A stretch of DNA of 64,000 nt from positions 128,001 to 192,000 of the forward strand of contig CAXXMR010000003.1 in the NCBI GenBank assembly GCA_963663805.2, written 5' to 3'. This document shows, in pieces, positions 52,070-61,860 of this stretch; position 1 is the stretch's first letter; every line of letters starts with the position of its first letter. The position numbers and the translations under genes were made by a program. Under the pieces are notes generated by a model. The model was given only the letters and a program-made list of their open reading frames with translations. It searched no databases and was not told the origin of the DNA. This stretch comes from Sedimentisphaerales bacterium. Its GTDB lineage: Bacteria > Planctomycetota > Phycisphaerae > Sedimentisphaerales > SM23-30.

Positions 52070-53353
52070 TTAATGCCACGGTTTGAGTAGTGATCTAAAA
52101 TTTTGGATGCGGTGAAAGGTTATAGTGTTACTGTTGTGGGCACAACAGCTTTGCTTATCGCCGCTGCGGGAAGCAACGATTAGGTCCTGATCTTGAATTG
52201 TAAATGATGGGTAATTTCTGGATTCGCGGGCATCCGTACCGGCAGCAATCATCTGAAGGAACTGCCAGTCGACGAGGTTACGCGAGATGAAAAGTCCCAG
52301 ATAACGCCGCTCGTTTACGGGTAAGTTGTAACGGCCGCTTTCTACTAGTGCCGGCTTGGTTGTTGAATCATTGCTGATATTGGCGGCCATGAAGTAGCGT
52401 TGGGTTTGGGGGTCGTAGGTAATGTCGAATTTTAAATGTCCGCCGGGTATGGGCAGGAAAAGGCATCTTTGGCCGGAAGGAGATTTTTCCCAGGTAACTT
52501 CAATTGAGCCGTCGGTTTTCTGGATGGCTTTGAGTACGCATCCGATATTAGGCAGGCCGCCGGTATGGGCCCGCAGGATTAGATGGAAAGTCATTCCGGA
52601 GGTATCGTACCAGATGTGGTTGGGGTCCTTTATCTGTGCTATATTTGTCTCCAGGTAGCCTATGGGGGCATTATATCGATCTTCCTGGCCATTGTGTTCA
52701 ATAAGTGGGCCTAGTGGGAAGAACGGCATAGCAAGGTCTGGGAATTCTTTGCAGTGGTCGTCAAAAATCAGGTCACTGTTTGAGAAAGTCCACACTGACG
52801 GGTCTGTGAGATTGGCGTCCAGGGGGGCTGACAGTACTGTGGGGGCTAAAAAAGCGACCGGCCAGCGTTCCTGGGGTGTGTGGGGAACTTCTCGTTCCAG
52901 GGCCAGGTAAATTCGCCCGTGGGCTGTTATGTAGTTGGTTGGTGCGGCGTGCCAGGATTGGCCCTGGGTGAGGTATGTTATCTCGCTGAAAGTCTGGGCG
53001 TTGTTGGTTGAGCGAATTATGCCGAGATCTCCCCGATGGCCAATGACGTAAACTCCGGTAGGAGTTGTGAGGCAGCGGGCATGTGTCAGGGTTGAGGTTG
53101 CGGCCTGCTGCCAGCTTACTCCCTTATTGCTCGAGATAAAAGTATGGAGCTGATTATTGGGGTAAACGCCCGATTCGCAAATGACCAGAATATTGCCGTT
53201 GGGCAAAAGTTCCACGTCGGGGCTAAAAGCCGGAATTGTTTCTGGATTTGGGGAGGTGAATACTGTTGAATAATCAGGTTTGATGATTTTGTATTGTTTG
53301 TGTTGGCTCAGTTGCTTTTGCATCTGAGCAGTAGGAGCTATTGTTTTGGCCAT
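52070..53353 (-). CDS. BNR/Asp-box sialidase-like protein
   Basis: SSNKGVSW, STNNAQTF and SRNLVDW Asp-box-like repeats. Confidence 0.7.
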   Translation of the reverse strand: MAKTIAPTAQMQKQLSQHKQYKIIKPDYSTVFTSPNPETIPAFSPDVELLPNGNILVICESGVYPNNQLHTFISSNKGVSWQQAATSTLTHARCLTTPTGVYVIGHRGDLGIIRSTNNAQTFSEITYLTQGQSWHAAPTNYITAHGRIYLALEREVPHTPQERWPVAFLAPTVLSAPLDANLTDPSVWTFSNSDLIFDDHCKEFPDLAMPFFPLGPLIEHNGQEDRYNAPIGYLETNIAQIKDPNHIWYDTSGMTFHLILRAHTGGLPNIGCVLKAIQKTDGSIEVTWEKSPSGQRCLFLPIPGGHLKFDITYDPQTQRYFMAANISNDSTTKPALVESGRYNLPVNERRYLGLFISRNLVDWQFLQMIAAGTDARESRNYPSFTIQDQDLIVASRSGDKQSCCAHNSNTITFHRIQNFRSLLKPWH

Positions 53354-53402
53354 GTCAACTTTCTTTTGGTAAGTGAATTTTAATGATTTTGTCTAATAGG
53401 CA

Positions 53403-53523
53403 AGATAAACGTTTAACTAAGATAAATCAAGTATAAAATGGATTCAATTTAAAATCTTTATTTTTAATGTTTTATATAAAAAATAAAAAAAGTGTTGACA
53501 ATAGATTAACGTTAAACTAAGAT
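53403..53523. promoter_or_regulatory. Two LacI-type operators and the lacI promoter
   Basis: Palindromes TAAACGTTTA (53406) and TTAACGTTAA (53506) within a 21-bp imperfect direct repeat, 100 bp apart. The second lies in the spacer of TTGACA-17-TAAGAT. Confidence 0.75.
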
Positions 53524-53553
53524 GTTTTTGGTGTTATTGGAAGGAATAATCGT

Positions 53554-54606
53554 ATGAAGCCTCCGGTCAGCGGAAAGAAAAACGTTACAGTAAAAGATCT
53601 GGCTCAGCATTTGAATGTGAGCGTGACTACGGTCAGCAAGGCTTTGCGTGATCTTCCCGGGATTGGCGATGAGACTCGCCATGCGGTCAAGGAACTGGCC
53701 GGCCGTCTGGGGTACCGTCCCAATATGATGGCCCGGAGTCTGAAGAGCAGTGAGAGTACACATGTGGGAGTGTTGATCACGAAAGATATTACTATTCAAT
53801 GGTATGCCCAGTTGGTCAGTCGGCTCGAGGATGTGCTTCGTGAGAAGGGCTATACGGTTGTATTGAGCTTGGCTAAAGATGATGCCGAGAACGAACGTAA
53901 GTGTCTTGAGGCTTTTATGGGCGGCCATGTGGCCGGCATACTCGCGGGGCCGGTATTTCATCGTCGCGACCTGCGGCCTTTATGGGAAGTCGTTGAACAT
54001 GGTCCGCCTGTGGTATTGTTTAACTGCCTGGAAGAGCTGCCGGTCAATTATGTGGCGGTGGATCACTTAAGCGGAATGCGGCAGGTTGTTGAGTATTTGA
54101 TCGAGATGGGGCATAGTCGCATAGGCTATCTTTGCTGTCCGCCTGAAGCTTTCCGGGAAGGGAATAATACACGTAAGGAAGGTTTTGAGGCGGCTTTTCT
54201 GGATAATGGCTTGCGGCTTGACCGGAATTATATGGTCGAAGGCCTGGCAACGTTCAGGAACGGTTATGAAAAAATGAATCATTTGTTGGGTGACTGGGGT
54301 TGCGATGGGTTTCCCACTGTGTTTTTCTGTCACAATGACGAAGCGGCAATTGGCGCGATGGACGCGATACGTAATCATGGTTTGGCTGTGCCGAATGATA
54401 TTTCGATTATTGGTTATGATGATATTGAGCGGGCGGCTTATACTTCTCCCCGACTTTCAACGGTCGGAGGTGTTCTTAATAAGCAGGTTGAACGCATGGT
54501 TGATGTATTGCTGGCCGCGATAAATGGTGAACAAAAAAGTTTTGTTAAGGAAAAAGTTGTTCCGGAATTAATTATTCGTGACAGCGTGGCGAAAATGAAA
54601 GTCTAA
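53554..54606 (+). CDS. LacI-family regulator
   Basis: TVKDLA..LNVS.TTVS.AL, LGY.PN..AR.L, G..VP.DIS.IGYDD. Confidence 0.95.
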   Translation: MKPPVSGKKNVTVKDLAQHLNVSVTTVSKALRDLPGIGDETRHAVKELAGRLGYRPNMMARSLKSSESTHVGVLITKDITIQWYAQLVSRLEDVLREKGYTVVLSLAKDDAENERKCLEAFMGGHVAGILAGPVFHRRDLRPLWEVVEHGPPVVLFNCLEELPVNYVAVDHLSGMRQVVEYLIEMGHSRIGYLCCPPEAFREGNNTRKEGFEAAFLDNGLRLDRNYMVEGLATFRNGYEKMNHLLGDWGCDGFPTVFFCHNDEAAIGAMDAIRNHGLAVPNDISIIGYDDIERAAYTSPRLSTVGGVLNKQVERMVDVLLAAINGEQKSFVKEKVVPELIIRDSVAKMKV

Positions 54607-54612
54607 GAAGGT

Positions 54613-54779
54613 CTAACAAAACGCATTTTCAACACCGAAAACGAGCGTTTTTTCGACTGGCAAGGCGGCGGGGCCAAAAGCACCGCAGGCATAGCCAAAG
54701 CTATGTCGAGGATGATTTTGTGCCCGACAACGCAGCCAGACAGAAAATAAGCCGTTTGAATGTAAAATCGTTGTGTTAG
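54613..54779. repeat. Palindromic MITE/REP-like element, 167 bp
   Basis: Ends CTAACAAAACG / CGTTGTGTTAG; central GGCATAGC-CAAA-GCTATGTC hairpin. Confidence 0.55.
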
Positions 54780-54907
54780 AGCTTCTAAGTTCGGATACCG
54801 CTCTACGCGGCAGTCGTAAATAATAAAACCAGTGATGATTGGTCTGCGGGGAGTCCGCGCTTATAGATAAGGGATTGTAAATGGTATTGAAAACCTGGAG
54901 AAACAAA

Positions 54908-55777
54908 ATGAAGCAAAATAAGGGATTTACGCTGGTTGAACTGTTGGTAGTGGTGGCGATTATCGCGTTGCTGGTTTCAATTTTACTGCCCGCGATAGGT
55001 CGGGCGCGTGAGATGGGTAAACGAGCGGTATGTTCTACCAATTTGCGCAGTGTGAGTCTGGGTTATACACTTTACAGTGAAGATAATCAGGGACGCCTGC
55101 CCACTTTCAAGCGAATTAACGGTGGCAATAAGATAAGCGTTTACCTGATGGGCGGGCGTTCTGGTGAGCGTGGGATCGTCTGGGACGGCTTTGCCTTGAA
55201 TTCGACGGAACGGCCTTTGAATGATTATTGCGGTGGGCCTTACACCTCACGTTATTCTTGGCCGGGTGCTCCTTCTTACGCGGAATATCTGGCAGGTGAT
55301 AGCGAGACTCTGCTTTTTCAGTGTCCTTCAGATAGCGGCAACAGCAAGGGTGGCAGTTTGCCAGCAGGGACTGTACGTTTTAACAGCACTTATAAATTCT
55401 ATGGTTCTTCGTATGGCTTTAATGGTTATTTTTTCTTGCATGAGGGTTCCAATAAAGGCAAGCCGGTGCCTACTCTGACGGGAATAAAAATTGCCCAGGT
55501 TCGCCGGGCATCTGATGTAGTATTGGCCAGCGATCGAAGCGCACCGGGTGGTGATGAATATTGTCGGTGGCACGACCAGAAAAAAGCGGCAGGGATGATG
55601 AGTTTTGTTGATGGCCGGGTGTGGTACAACGAATTACCTTATGTGCATGAAATTGATGGATACCGAACACAGGATTTTTGTTTTGAGGCTTATCCGGGCC
55701 AGATTAAAAATTTTGAATCTTGTTACCCCTCGATTTTGCCTACCAATGACTGGCATACGATTGGTTTGGCTGAGTAA
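54908..55777 (+). CDS. Prepilin-type N-terminal / DUF1559-like (H-X9-DG) protein
   Basis: GFTLVELLVVVAIIALLVSILLPAI..ARE...C..NL, FQCPSD, WH...SFVDG.V. Confidence 0.92.
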   Translation: MKQNKGFTLVELLVVVAIIALLVSILLPAIGRAREMGKRAVCSTNLRSVSLGYTLYSEDNQGRLPTFKRINGGNKISVYLMGGRSGERGIVWDGFALNSTERPLNDYCGGPYTSRYSWPGAPSYAEYLAGDSETLLFQCPSDSGNSKGGSLPAGTVRFNSTYKFYGSSYGFNGYFFLHEGSNKGKPVPTLTGIKIAQVRRASDVVLASDRSAPGGDEYCRWHDQKKAAGMMSFVDGRVWYNELPYVHEIDGYRTQDFCFEAYPGQIKNFESCYPSILPTNDWHTIGLAE

Positions 55778-55857
55778 TTGGAATAGCGAGTATATTAAGA
55801 CTTTTTCCGCGGTGGGAGAAGTTGTAGTTTTGGTTTTCTTTTTTAAGGAGTTTGGAA

Positions 55858-56679
55858 ATGGATGATGTGAGAAAAATGATGTTGGGTTTGATGATGGTTT
55901 TGTGTTTAGCGTTTGCTTCAGCGGATGGTGCATTGCTGGTCTATGAAGGTTTCAATTATGACGGTATGGACGAAGGCAATGCGATTTCGGGGATGGGCAG
56001 TGCCAGCGACGGTTGGGCCGGTGCATGGGATAGCGGTTCCGGCTTTGTACTGGGTGGGACCGGTTTGGATATGAACGGCTATGGTTATGACACTGTAGGT
56101 TACAGTGCTTATGGCAAGGACAAAAGCACCACGGTGGCGGTGCGGCATTTTGGCAGTTCAAGTCAGTTGGATCTGTCGGTTGACGCTACTTATTATATTA
56201 GCTTAATGGTTCAATTATCTGAATTTGGCTCAGGTTCTCAGTATTTCAATATGGAATTTCGTACTGCTGAAAACAGTCGCCAATTTACCTTTGGTGCGAC
56301 AAGCACGCGCGATGCTACTTTATACGATCTTGGCGAACGTGTAAATGCCGTGGGAGCCTGCGATACTACTGATGTTATGCTGCTGGTATGCAAGATTGAG
56401 GCCTCGGCTGCCGGTAATGACCAGGCGTTTTTGAGTGTTTTCCACGGTGTTGATGCTTTCAGCGGTCTCGAACCGGCAAGCTGGGATATTACTGGTACAG
56501 CAGAGGCTAATGATTCAGTTCTGGAAAGAATCCGGATTGTGGGTGGATATGATACCGCGATGGCATTTGATGAGATTCGGATCGGTACCGAATGGGGCGA
56601 TGTAGTGCCCGAGCCGCTGAGTCTGGTATTGCTGGGATTGGGAGGTTTGTTTGCCGGACGTTACAAACGTCAAAAATAG
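55858..56679 (+). CDS. PEP-CTERM protein
   Basis: Signal peptide; VPEPLSLVLLGLGGL...RYKRQK. Confidence 0.9.
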   Translation: MDDVRKMMLGLMMVLCLAFASADGALLVYEGFNYDGMDEGNAISGMGSASDGWAGAWDSGSGFVLGGTGLDMNGYGYDTVGYSAYGKDKSTTVAVRHFGSSSQLDLSVDATYYISLMVQLSEFGSGSQYFNMEFRTAENSRQFTFGATSTRDATLYDLGERVNAVGACDTTDVMLLVCKIEASAAGNDQAFLSVFHGVDAFSGLEPASWDITGTAEANDSVLERIRIVGGYDTAMAFDEIRIGTEWGDVVPEPLSLVLLGLGGLFAGRYKRQK

Positions 56680-56721
56680 TGTTTAGTTGTATTTGTTTTT
56701 TTCTAACACAGGAGTATTTAC

Positions 56722-58440
56722 ATGAAAATGATACTTAGGGCATTTTGCTTGTTTGTGGGGCTGTTTTTTGCCGCAGCCGGTGTTTTGAACGCTGATGTTC
56801 TGGTTTATGAAGGCTATGATTATCTGGCCCCGCAGACCCTGATGAATAAAGGGACTGCGATTGACGGCTGGGGAGGGGCGTGGGTAAATGATCCCGCTCA
56901 AAATGACCTGGAAACCGAGCTGAATAGCCTAGCTATGACGGATTTTAATTTGCCGACAGTTGGTAACAAGATTGGCAATCTGGTTACGGATGGTCAAAAG
57001 GCATATCGTGATTTCGGCAAGGCTTTGCAGATGGGAATCAATGCCGACTACTATTCCAGCGTTCTGGTGAAATTTAAAAATCCGGATCTGACGGCTGGTT
57101 CGCAGTGGTTCAATGTTGAGTTCAAGAACAGTAAGGATGAATATACTCTGAAATGGGGTTCTTCGAGCCTTCATGCTGCCTGGCTGGGTAAGATCACTTC
57201 AACTTCGCAGGATAAGAAGCTGGATGGATATTGCTATAGCGAAAGTACTATGCTTATGGTGTTAAAGCTGGAATGCTATGCCAATCAACCGGACCAAGCC
57301 TATATGATGGTCGTCAAGGATGGTAACGATGTGCCGGTTCTGGAGCCGACAGATGATTCCGGCTGGACGCTGATTGGTACCCCCTGGGGAACCAACAGTA
57401 ATATTGATCGGGTTCGCCTGAGCGGTGGTAACGGGGGCGATTATTCGTGGTCCACAGATGAATTGCGGATCGGTACCCAATGGAGTGATGTGGTCAAGAC
57501 AGATGTTAACATGGCCGGCAATCCTTCGCATCAGGGTTATTATGGTGACGCTTCGTTTCTGGTCCCGACAACTTTGACCTGGACGGCGGGTGCTTCGGTT
57601 GATGCAACCAGCGGCCATCAGGTTTATTTTGGCACCGACAGAGATGTGGTGGCTAATGCGACGGTGGCTGACCCTCAGGGTGTTTACCAGGGTAGCTATG
57701 ACGCTGCGAGTTTTGCCGCGGGTATGCTGGAAAAGGATACGGCATATTTCTGGCGGGTTGACGAAGTTAGCGGCGGCACGATCTATAAAGGTAATGTCTG
57801 GCGCGTCACAACCGGTGATCGTGTCTGGGTTGACAACTTTGAAAGCTATACCGATGTAGCGGGCCTGACGGCAGTCTGGCAAGACTGGCAGGTTAACGGC
57901 AGCGGTGCGGCGATTGACATGCAGATCGATGACGAGACAACTGGTACGGTTTCTTACAACAGTTTCCAGAGTATGAAGTATGACTATGACAGCAGCTTTG
58001 GAGGTTCTGAAGCGACATATGTTTATGCTTCACCGGCTGACTGGTCCACCGGCGGTGAGTTGATGTCGTTAGATGTGCATTTTAAAGGTACGGCCGCGAA
58101 CAGTACCGCTGAACAGATGTATCTGAAGATCGAAGACAGCTCAGCTGGTGCAGTGACTATCAATTATGATGGCGATAGTGCTGATCTGGCTTCTGAGAGC
58201 TGGAAGAACTGGCAGATCGATTTAACTGCGGTCAGCGGAGTTGACTTAACCTCGGTAAGCAAGATGACCATTGGTTTTGCCGGCAGCGGCAGTGGGACCG
58301 GTACGATGTATTTCGACGGGATAGCTTTGTTTGGCTGTCGTTCGGGTGCAATGACTGAGGATTTGAATGGTGATTGCAGGGTTGATTTAGGTGACTTTAC
58401 TGCACTGGTTAATAAATGGCTGGATAGCAAGCCTTTCTAG
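56722..58440 (+). CDS. Secreted protein with C-terminal dockerin-like motif; N-terminal domain paralogous to the PEP-CTERM protein
   Basis: LVYEG..Y...GW.GAW...DE.RIGT.W.DV shared with the upstream gene; YFWRVDE; DLNGDCRVDLGDF. Confidence 0.85.
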   Translation: MKMILRAFCLFVGLFFAAAGVLNADVLVYEGYDYLAPQTLMNKGTAIDGWGGAWVNDPAQNDLETELNSLAMTDFNLPTVGNKIGNLVTDGQKAYRDFGKALQMGINADYYSSVLVKFKNPDLTAGSQWFNVEFKNSKDEYTLKWGSSSLHAAWLGKITSTSQDKKLDGYCYSESTMLMVLKLECYANQPDQAYMMVVKDGNDVPVLEPTDDSGWTLIGTPWGTNSNIDRVRLSGGNGGDYSWSTDELRIGTQWSDVVKTDVNMAGNPSHQGYYGDASFLVPTTLTWTAGASVDATSGHQVYFGTDRDVVANATVADPQGVYQGSYDAASFAAGMLEKDTAYFWRVDEVSGGTIYKGNVWRVTTGDRVWVDNFESYTDVAGLTAVWQDWQVNGSGAAIDMQIDDETTGTVSYNSFQSMKYDYDSSFGGSEATYVYASPADWSTGGELMSLDVHFKGTAANSTAEQMYLKIEDSSAGAVTINYDGDSADLASESWKNWQIDLTAVSGVDLTSVSKMTIGFAGSGSGTGTMYFDGIALFGCRSGAMTEDLNGDCRVDLGDFTALVNKWLDSKPF

Positions 58441-58458
58441 GATTAGTTTAGCGATTTC

Positions 58459-58494
58459 AGGGCACCGTGTCTCAGGGCGCGGTGCCTGTCTTTT
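58459..58494 (+). terminator. Intrinsic terminator-like hairpin
   Basis: GGCACCGTGTC-TCAG-GGCGCGGTGCC followed by TGTCTTTT. Confidence 0.6.
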
Positions 58495-58512
58495 AATATA
58501 GGCGTGTATTCA

Positions 58513-61500
58513 ATGCGAATTATCAGTGTGTTTGTAATTCTAATAGTGTGGGTGGAACTGGTTTGTGCGTTGCCTGTTTCGGGGGTGCTGGATGATGGTC
58601 AGGGTGATTTTGATCCGTGGAATAAGACTCGCTGGGCAGCGTGGTATGTTGACGGTAAGCTGGCTTATTCGTTTGACATTGACTGTTCGCTGAGATTTGC
58701 CTCACGCAGCACTGCCTGGGAGGTTGATCTATCGGAGCTAGAAGGGGATTGGGGACCTCGACTTTTTCGGATTACCACGAATGCTTCAATTGACATTGAC
58801 GGTAACGGTGTGATTGTCGATGCACGGCTGGCCCATACGCAGGGTTGGTCCCTTGCTTACTGGTACACAAAACCGGGAACTGATAATTTTGGCGTTTGGC
58901 GGGGGATCTATCTGGAACAGACAGGCGAGGTTGTGGCTGGAGATAATGGCTCACGGATATACGATATAACTTTGATAGGGTTTCGGGCAGCGGTTGAGTT
59001 CGGCTGGGATCACCGAAGGCTGGTTACAATTGCAGAAAGTACTTTCAAGATCGGCAGATGGCTGGTTTTTCCCCGTGGAGCGAACGGGGTAATAGAAAAT
59101 TGCCAGATCATCCAGGGCTATGACAGTGGAGTTTATGCGGAAACTGAATCGCATAATTTTGTGTTCAGCGGCAATACTTTTCAGGACAATAACATTCGGG
59201 GTGTTATTTCATGGTCGGATTTGATCCTGGATGCCTGTTATGATTTTACGATAATAAACAATTCCTTCCTGCCGGCTTCTTATTTGCCATCTGATTATCA
59301 TACCGCGATTTCTTTATATCGTAATCGCGGAGAAAATGATCTAATTAGACCTAATGCCAGCCGAGGACATGTAATTCAGGGCAATTATTTTGAAGATCGA
59401 AATGTAGCGATTGATCAGGGAATCCGGGCGGGTAGGATAAATGATTTTGATCTTGCTTTTGAAGGGCGTTGCTATTCGAATAACGTGACGGTGCAGGGTA
59501 ATACGTTTGAGGATTGCCGGGTGGGGATAAATACACGCAGTAGTTTCAACCATTTTAAGAATAACACATTTAACAATGTTGATCGCGAAATTGTGCTTTT
59601 ATGCCCATTCTATAAGTCGGTCTTCAATACTATCGAACAGCAAAGCGGCACGACTGTCTGGCTTTGGGCAATGGGATCTGACCCGGGCAGTTATTATGAT
59701 GATGTGCATCCTTATGGATTTGGAGTGGGGGATGAAATAACAGCAGAGGAAAAACTGTATTTTATACGCTCTGACGGCAGTGCTTCATTTGTTAATCCCG
59801 GTAATGTAAAGTTGGTAATAGCTGATACAATTTTGCAGGCTGACCCGGAAGATTTTGACGCCGATTTTCAGGTTGACATAACAGACCTGCGTTGGTGGCT
59901 GGAAGATTGGCTGGGAAACGGAGCGGGCCGAGATTTAGACGGGGATGGCCAGGTTGATTTATGCGATTATTCCTATCTCGCCGATCGCTGGGGGCGGGGT
60001 AATGATTTGCAGGATTATTTTGATAATGGTGGTTGTGCCCTTGATGTGGCCGTAGGGGACTTCGCGCGGGATTTGCCGGGTGATGAGATTGCGATCATCT
60101 GGGACGATCCGGTTTCAAATATCGAAGGAACAGAATATTACACGATAATTTTCTATGACAGTAACGGCGTGGAATTTGATCGTTGCGGACGAAGCCAAAA
60201 CCGTTGGGGGCAAATTGCCGGCGGTGATTTCATTGCCAACCTGCCGACCAACTGTTGGTCGGAAGTTGTTGAAGATGAGATTGCGGCGGTTTCTTCGGTA
60301 CCGGATAGCAACGGAAAATATTCAGTGTATATTTTTCGCAGAGGTTGGAAAGATGCCGCTCAGGTACTGTTGGCTGATAATTCTGATCCGGTTGCTGATA
60401 TTACCGCTGGGCAATTTAATACTAATGGTGATGTTTATGACGAACTGGCAGTTATATTTGAAACAGGCTCGACAGATATTACATATGTAAAACCGTTAGA
60501 TTCCGGCTGGACATCAAATACGACTGTTGGTACGCGGTTAATGGATATTGCCGCTGGAAATCTGGACGGTTATGCTTCCAATGGTGATGAGATAGTGGGT
60601 ATCGTACGCCCCGACCCGGCCTTGTCATTGGTAGCTGCCTGGGATTTTGAGGATAAAAATGGGGGGGCTTTAGTCGATAAAGCTCCCGCAGGGAAATGTT
60701 GCGATGATCTGACAGTTCTGGGTACGGTTATTGTCAGTGACGGTCGGGCTCAGTTACGCAAAGACTATGGCGGGGCACTGCGGGCCCTGGACTCGCAAGA
60801 CCTGAACATGCAAGGTGATTTTACGATCTGGATCCGGGCGAAGGTCTGTAATGACCCCACATCATATATTTCGATGGTAGACAAGCGGCGGTTCTTCGGA
60901 CCCCAGGAGCGTTCTTATGCTTTTTTGATTAATACTTCTGCTAAAGCCCAGGGGGGGGCAGTGGCAGATCATTTTGGCCTGGGTGGACAGATATGTGCCG
61001 ATGGAGTGAGTGGGGGGGATGAGATATGGGATGTTGATGGCGCCGAGATAGTGCCAATTTCCGAAGTGAGAGAATTGGTAATGCGATGTGCCGATAAAGG
61101 GGCATTGCAGGTGGAATGGCTGGCCTCAACGGTGACTAACCCCACAGTCGGAAATCAGTGGCAAATTGTTAACGGCATGACGTATCAGGAAAATGTGCGC
61201 GAAATATTCCAAAGCACGACTGATTTATATCTTGGCAATACAGTGAATGCCGACCCGCAGTCCGCGACGGTTGACTATTATGAAGTACGGATATACCAAA
61301 GCTGGCTGGATGACGAGCAGTTGGCGGATATTATCCCAGGCGCTATAGATCACCTGGCGACGACAGAATATAAAGCCTCTGTTTATAGAACCGGCAGCAG
61401 CAGTGTGTATCGGGAAACGGCTGTTTCTGCGAATCCTTGGCAGGTTGTGGCGGCAGGTGAGTTTGTGGACGAAGGCCGGCCTTTGGAGGAAATGGCCTTG

Positions 61501-61833
61501 ATAAGTTCAGTGACCGGCGGTAGAAAATACTCCGTCGATTATTATAAGGCTACGTCCCAGGTGGCTATAAAGAGTGTTCTATATGATGTTATGACGGTGG
61601 AACCGAGTTGCCTGGATACGGGAAATTTATTTGTGGGAGAAGTTTTGAGTGACTATGAAAAATGCTCAGGGCTGGCCAGTGGTGATTATGGAGCTGATAT
61701 GGCTGATTGGGGTGATGATTTAATGGTATTGCCGGCCCAAGGCAATCAGAGTGATTCGATCCCGGCATATTTTCTGCGGAGCAGCAGCGACGGCAGTTCA
61801 AGGTACTTTAAGATGGTGCCTGTTTTAAGATAA
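58513..61833 (+). CDS. Large secreted protein: beta-helix, dockerin-like, FG-GAP-like repeats, LamG-like
   Basis: NTF.D Asn-ladder repeats, DLDGDGQVDLCD, AxGxF...GDE repeats, AAWDFE...EVRIY. Confidence 0.8.
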   Translation: MRIISVFVILIVWVELVCALPVSGVLDDGQGDFDPWNKTRWAAWYVDGKLAYSFDIDCSLRFASRSTAWEVDLSELEGDWGPRLFRITTNASIDIDGNGVIVDARLAHTQGWSLAYWYTKPGTDNFGVWRGIYLEQTGEVVAGDNGSRIYDITLIGFRAAVEFGWDHRRLVTIAESTFKIGRWLVFPRGANGVIENCQIIQGYDSGVYAETESHNFVFSGNTFQDNNIRGVISWSDLILDACYDFTIINNSFLPASYLPSDYHTAISLYRNRGENDLIRPNASRGHVIQGNYFEDRNVAIDQGIRAGRINDFDLAFEGRCYSNNVTVQGNTFEDCRVGINTRSSFNHFKNNTFNNVDREIVLLCPFYKSVFNTIEQQSGTTVWLWAMGSDPGSYYDDVHPYGFGVGDEITAEEKLYFIRSDGSASFVNPGNVKLVIADTILQADPEDFDADFQVDITDLRWWLEDWLGNGAGRDLDGDGQVDLCDYSYLADRWGRGNDLQDYFDNGGCALDVAVGDFARDLPGDEIAIIWDDPVSNIEGTEYYTIIFYDSNGVEFDRCGRSQNRWGQIAGGDFIANLPTNCWSEVVEDEIAAVSSVPDSNGKYSVYIFRRGWKDAAQVLLADNSDPVADITAGQFNTNGDVYDELAVIFETGSTDITYVKPLDSGWTSNTTVGTRLMDIAAGNLDGYASNGDEIVGIVRPDPALSLVAAWDFEDKNGGALVDKAPAGKCCDDLTVLGTVIVSDGRAQLRKDYGGALRALDSQDLNMQGDFTIWIRAKVCNDPTSYISMVDKRRFFGPQERSYAFLINTSAKAQGGAVADHFGLGGQICADGVSGGDEIWDVDGAEIVPISEVRELVMRCADKGALQVEWLASTVTNPTVGNQWQIVNGMTYQENVREIFQSTTDLYLGNTVNADPQSATVDYYEVRIYQSWLDDEQLADIIPGAIDHLATTEYKASVYRTGSSSVYRETAVSANPWQVVAAGEFVDEGRPLEEMALISSVTGGRKYSVDYYKATSQVAIKSVLYDVMTVEPSCLDTGNLFVGEVLSDYEKCSGLASGDYGADMADWGDDLMVLPAQGNQSDSIPAYFLRSSSDGSSRYFKMVPVLR

Positions 61834-61860
61834 TTTTGTGATAATCCCGGTTGAAACTAT

